Shown here one piece after another: positions 7,132 to 10,396 of a stretch of 10,396 bases of DNA. The notes under the pieces were generated by a model, which searched no databases, was not told the origin of the DNA, and was given only the letters and a program-made list of their open reading frames with translations. Position 1 is the first letter of the stretch; the number at the start of each line of letters is the position of its first letter. Source of the DNA: a candidate division WOR-3 bacterium (GTDB lineage: Bacteria > Hydrothermota > Hydrothermia > Hydrothermales > Hydrothermaceae); contig JBDRZD010000054.1 in assembly GCA_039803745.1 (NCBI GenBank), positions 1-10,396 of the forward strand, read 5' to 3'. A program made the translations under genes and the position numbers.

Positions 7132-7726
7132 CCATAAAGAGATAAGAAATGACATTGAAATTTTTCTTGATTTTTTAGAAAAAAATTTGCCTGAAAAGAA
7201 AATTTATGTTGAAAAGTTTAAAAAATATCATGAAAAGATAATAAAAGAAAATGAAAAGATGAGCCTTGTTTCAAAAAAAGATATTTATTCAGTTGCAAGG
7301 AAACATTTTTTAGATTCAGTTTTGATTTCAAATTTCATAGAAGAAAAGGAAATAAGTGATATAGGTTCTGGTGCAGGTTTCCCTGGTATTATAATTTCTA
7401 TATTAAATCCTGATAAAAGAGTTTATCTTATAGAAAGAAATCTAAAAAAGAGTATTTTTTTAAAAGAGGTGAAAATTGTTTTGTCTCTTGAAAATGTTAA
7501 AGTGATAAGGGAAGATATTTTAAATATGCAAGAAATTCCAGGGGATGCCTTTGTTTCAAGGGCAGCAAATTATAAAAAGATATTGAAAATTTTAAAGGAT
7601 AAAAATATTAAAGATAAAAATTTTTATGCTGTTTTACCCTTTAAAGAAAATATAAAGGAAAAATTTTATATAATAAAAAACCCTTTAACAAAAGAAAACT
7701 TTAAGTTGTTAAAAATTAAGATTTAA
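7124..7726 (+). CDS. rsmG: 16S rRNA (guanine(527)-N7)-methyltransferase RsmG (GidB)
   Basis: NEKMSLVS, KHFLDS, DIGSGAGFPG (SAM-binding), LIERNLKKSIFL, VSRA. GTG start overlapping the upstream stop by 8 nt. Confidence 0.92.
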   Translation: MINHKEIRNDIEIFLDFLEKNLPEKKIYVEKFKKYHEKIIKENEKMSLVSKKDIYSVARKHFLDSVLISNFIEEKEISDIGSGAGFPGIIISILNPDKRVYLIERNLKKSIFLKEVKIVLSLENVKVIREDILNMQEIPGDAFVSRAANYKKILKILKDKNIKDKNFYAVLPFKENIKEKFYIIKNPLTKENFKLLKIKI

Positions 7727-8064
7727 TATCCTAAGAGTCCTATAAGTGCTCCTGTCATTAAAACAATAAAAAGTGTGATAAGCGAAAAAGCAATACCTAC
7801 TATTAAAGTAATTCCTGCTATTATAAAGTAAAGTCTTATTTTTGAAATTGCTTCAAGGAATTTATTTTCATCCTTTGATAAAAAAGCAGAGGATGCAAGA
7901 TTTCCTGCTTGATAAAGAACAACTCCCATCCATATTGGAAGCCATGCAATAATTATTCCTGCAATGGATAATGCAGTTAGAGCACCTGCTATGATTGATA
8001 GAATACCTATAAATTTCATCCATCCACTTGCCTTATTCAGTTCCTCAAATATTTTTTCATTCAT
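7723..8064 (-). CDS. Small membrane protein, DUF5362-like
   Basis: GWMKFIGILSII..IIIAWLPIWMGVVLYQA..YFIIAG pattern, about three hydrophobic segments; AGGAGG at 8074-8069. Confidence 0.75.
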   Translation of the reverse strand: MNEKIFEELNKASGWMKFIGILSIIAGALTALSIAGIIIAWLPIWMGVVLYQAGNLASSAFLSKDENKFLEAISKIRLYFIIAGITLIVGIAFSLITLFIVLMTGALIGLLGY

Positions 8065-8072
8065 AAAACCTC

Positions 8073-8951
8073 CTAAATTTCAAAATTTATATTTTTATCA
8101 CCCTTTTTAATGAATGCAACAGGCATTGTTTCTGTATTTTTATAAAAGCCGAATTCACAGCTTATTGTTATACCAATAACTCCTGCAAGCCCTTTTGTAT
8201 TTTTTTCAAGTTCTTCTATACCAATTCTACATGCTTCACTTATATCCTTTCCTTCAATTACCTTATCACATATAAATTTTGCAAGAACAACCCTCATTAT
8301 TGACTCACCAAACCCTGTTGCAGAAACTGCACAAAGACTATTAGCATAGGTTCCGCACCCAATACATGGAGTATCACCAATTCTTCCTTTCATTTTTAAA
8401 AATATTCCACCTGTTGAAGTTCCTGCAACGATTATTCCATTTCTATCAACTGCGCAGGCACCAACAGTATCACCAGAAAATACATGTTGCAAGAAATCTT
8501 TTCCTTCATTTATTGCCTTTTCATACATTGAAAGTTTTTCAGAAGTTAAAAGATTTTCTCTTTTAAAACCTTCTGAAATTGCAAATTCCTCTGCACCTTC
8601 ACCACTTAAAAGAAGATGGGGTGTTTTTTCCATTACTTTCCTTGCAATTAATATCGGATTTTTAAATCCTTTAATTCCTGCAACACCACCAAATCTTAAA
8701 TCATTTCCAACCATTATTGCAGCATCAAGTTCAATCTCACAATAATGATTTGGAGATGCTCCGTATCCTGCATTGAAATAGGGATTATTTTCCATTTCAC
8801 AAACAGCAGCACATACAGCATCAATTGCAGAACCATTTTTTTCTAAAATCTTATATCCTTCCTCACACGCCTTTATCACCCCTTCTTTTGCTCTTTCTCT
8901 ATCTCTATGCTTTCCTGCTCCACCATGAACAATTATACCAAAATTACCCAT
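8073..8951 (-). CDS. iaaA: Isoaspartyl peptidase / L-asparaginase (Ntn-hydrolase, asparaginase 2 family)
   Basis: IIVHGGAG, FNAGYG, ELDAAIM, KNPILIAR, GDTVGA (Thr nucleophile), TSTGG, GRIGDTP, SATGFGE. Confidence 0.93.
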   Translation of the reverse strand: MGNFGIIVHGGAGKHRDRERAKEGVIKACEEGYKILEKNGSAIDAVCAAVCEMENNPYFNAGYGASPNHYCEIELDAAIMVGNDLRFGGVAGIKGFKNPILIARKVMEKTPHLLLSGEGAEEFAISEGFKRENLLTSEKLSMYEKAINEGKDFLQHVFSGDTVGACAVDRNGIIVAGTSTGGIFLKMKGRIGDTPCIGCGTYANSLCAVSATGFGESIMRVVLAKFICDKVIEGKDISEACRIGIEELEKNTKGLAGVIGITISCEFGFYKNTETMPVAFIKKGDKNINFEI

Positions 8952-8961
8952 ATTTAATTCC

Positions 8962-9579
8962 TTATTTTTCTACATTTTTTACTTTTTCCTTCATTTTTAT
9001 TTTTTGTGTGTCCTCCATTATTTCTATTTTTTCAATTATATCACCTTTCCTCAATTTTTTAACAATATCCATTCCCTTTATAACTTTACCAAAGACCGTA
9101 TAATTTCCATCAAGATGGGGAGTTTCTTTTAAAGTAATGTAAAACTGGCATGAACCAGAATTCGGATCTTGAGCCCTTGCAATGCCAAGTGCTCCCTCTA
9201 CATGTTTTGCCTTTTCATTAATCTCTAATGGAATATTGTATCCTGCATTTCCATAACCTGTTCCATAAGGGTCTCCTCCCTGAATAACAAAATCAGGAAC
9301 ATACCTGTGGAAGATAAGTCCATCATAAAATCCGAGTTTTGAAAGTTTAACAAAATTTTTAACAGTTTTCGGAGCATACTGGGGATAGAGTTCACAAAGA
9401 AATTCACCCTTATTTGTCTTTATTAAAATTTTTAATGGCTCTTTTATTTCTATATCCACATCCTTATATTTTTTAGCAATCTCAATTCTTTCTTCCGGTT
9501 TTGAATTTTTATTTAGAATCCTTTCTATTTTTAATTCCTGCTCCTGTGCAAAGAGTAAAAAAAATAAGCAAAGAAACAT
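8962..9579 (-). CDS. Cyclophilin-type peptidyl-prolyl cis-trans isomerase, probably exported
   Basis: APKTVKNF, FYDGLIFHR, FVIQGGDP, SGSCQFYI, HLDGNYTVFGKV; hydrophobic N-terminus MFLCLFFLLFA; AGGAGG at 9590-9585. Confidence 0.95.
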   Translation of the reverse strand: MFLCLFFLLFAQEQELKIERILNKNSKPEERIEIAKKYKDVDIEIKEPLKILIKTNKGEFLCELYPQYAPKTVKNFVKLSKLGFYDGLIFHRYVPDFVIQGGDPYGTGYGNAGYNIPLEINEKAKHVEGALGIARAQDPNSGSCQFYITLKETPHLDGNYTVFGKVIKGMDIVKKLRKGDIIEKIEIMEDTQKIKMKEKVKNVEK

Positions 9580-9608
9580 TTGAACCTCCTTTAATTTAAA
9601 GAAATATA

Positions 9609-9638
9609 ATTATATCAAAAAGAGAAAAGGATTATCAA
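9609..9638 (-). promoter_or_regulatory. Putative sigma70 promoter upstream of the PPIase-iaaA-DUF5362 genes
   Basis: Minus strand TTGATA (9638-9633), 18 nt, TATAAT (9614-9609), with extended -10 TGn (TGATATAAT), in the 69 bp intergenic gap and upstream of an AGGAGG RBS. Confidence 0.65.
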
Positions 9639-9648
9639 AGAGAAGGAA

Positions 9649-10023
9649 TTATTTTAAAGTATCCCTTTTAAAACCTTTATTTATAATTTTTATTTTTCCT
9701 GAATAACCAATATTATCCCACTCATCAATTGCCTTTGCCCTTAAAAAATGAACAGAATCTGAAAGAAGGAATTTAAAAATATATGGCGGAATTGAATCTT
9801 TTCCAATGGATTTATCATCTGAAAAAACTTCAACATAAATTATCTTTGATTTATCTTTAACCTCTATTTTTATTTCAATTTCACCTTCAAGAGTATCTCT
9901 ATCAGAGGGGTTTAAAATTTCAACATCAGGAGGCTGTGTATCAGGTTTTCCTGGTGGAGGCATTTTTTTTGCACAAAAGTTTAATATTATCATTAAAAAA
10001 ATTATTTTTTTAATATCATTCAC
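9649..10023 (-). CDS. Putative lipoprotein with a single bacterial Ig-like domain
   Basis: KKIIFLMIILNF-C signal with Cys, Pro-rich linker PPPGKPDTQPP, then Ig-like pattern VEILNP..IKIEVKD..VEVF..PPY..LRAKAIDEWDN. Start codon uncertain (see findings). Confidence 0.75.
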   Translation of the reverse strand: MNDIKKIIFLMIILNFCAKKMPPPGKPDTQPPDVEILNPSDRDTLEGEIEIKIEVKDKSKIIYVEVFSDDKSIGKDSIPPYIFKFLLSDSVHFLRAKAIDEWDNIGYSGKIKIINKGFKRDTLK

Positions 10024-10396
10024 CTCCTCTAAAAATTATTTTTATTAATTGCATTATAAAAATTCCAAGAATAAAAAAAATGAAAGAGTTTAAAGACTTT
10101 TTAAAATCAACCTCTTTATGAAGTTCAGGGATCAAATCAGATGCTGCAATATAAAAAAAATTACCTGCTGCAAATGGCATTATGTAATGAATATATTCTG
10201 TCCCTTTAAATAAAAAATAGCCAAAAAGACCGCCTATAAAAGCAGTAAGAGCACTTATAAAATTATAAAAAAGTGCCTTTACTCTGTCCATTCCACCAAA
10301 AATAAGTATTGAATAATCACCTATTTCTTGAGGAATCTCGTGAGCCATAACCACTAATGTTGTTATAATACCGAAAGGAATATTTATTAAAAAACT
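10016..10396 (-). CDS. ZIP family metal (Zn/Fe/Mn) transporter, C-terminal part (5' end outside window)
   Basis: Frame is open to the window edge (SFLINIPFGIITTLVVMA), then HEIPQEIGD, NFISA, AAGNFFYIAASDLIPELH, which are ZIP signature segments. Confidence 0.92.
   Translation of the reverse strand, partial: SFLINIPFGIITTLVVMAHEIPQEIGDYSILIFGGMDRVKALFYNFISALTAFIGGLFGYFLFKGTEYIHYIMPFAAGNFFYIAASDLIPELHKEVDFKKSLNSFIFFILGIFIMQLIKIIFRGGE

Noticed and set aside
8366..9407. Short ORFs at 8366-8566 (+), 8825-9103 (+) and 9225-9407 (-, alternative frame)
   Set aside because: They overlap the conserved iaaA and PPIase genes and have no independent coding evidence.
9604..9615. 12 bp palindrome ATATAATTATAT as an operator or antisense promoter
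   Set aside because: It is all A/T, likely by chance at this composition, and largely explained by the minus-strand -10 box.
10016..10354. ORF-track start of the ZIP gene at 10354
   Set aside because: It is an internal GTG; the frame stays open to the window edge and ZIP transporters are much longer.
1..10396. CRISPR array, tRNA/rRNA, IS element, intrinsic terminators
   Set aside because: The window is nearly all coding, the largest gaps are 53 and 69 bp, and I saw no spaced repeats, transposase motifs or GC-rich hairpins.

Overview
Very AT-rich, almost fully coding bacterial window; I found no RNA genes, CRISPR array or mobile element. Left (minus strand, 1..1811, runs off the window and is missing from the ORF track): a >600 aa multi-pass membrane protein whose motifs line up with the GT-C oligosaccharyltransferase (STT3/PglB/AglB) architecture, but with WWDYG replaced by DLNHG and with C-terminal TPR repeats. 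It sits back-to-back, across about 50 bp, with a five-gene overlapping plus-strand cluster: a mutarotase-like beta-sandwich protein, an atypical GCS2/YbdK-type carboxylate-amine ligase, a TldD-like Zn protease plus its inactive TldE/PmbA-like partner (both with short hydrophobic N-termini), and rsmG. A convergent minus-strand block encodes a ZIP metal transporter (partial), an Ig-domain lipoprotein, a cyclophilin PPIase, an isoaspartyl peptidase/asparaginase and a DUF5362-like membrane protein. The best novelty candidates are the WWD-less OST-like enzyme and the ligase/Tld cluster. All family calls come from motif recognition by eye, not database searches.
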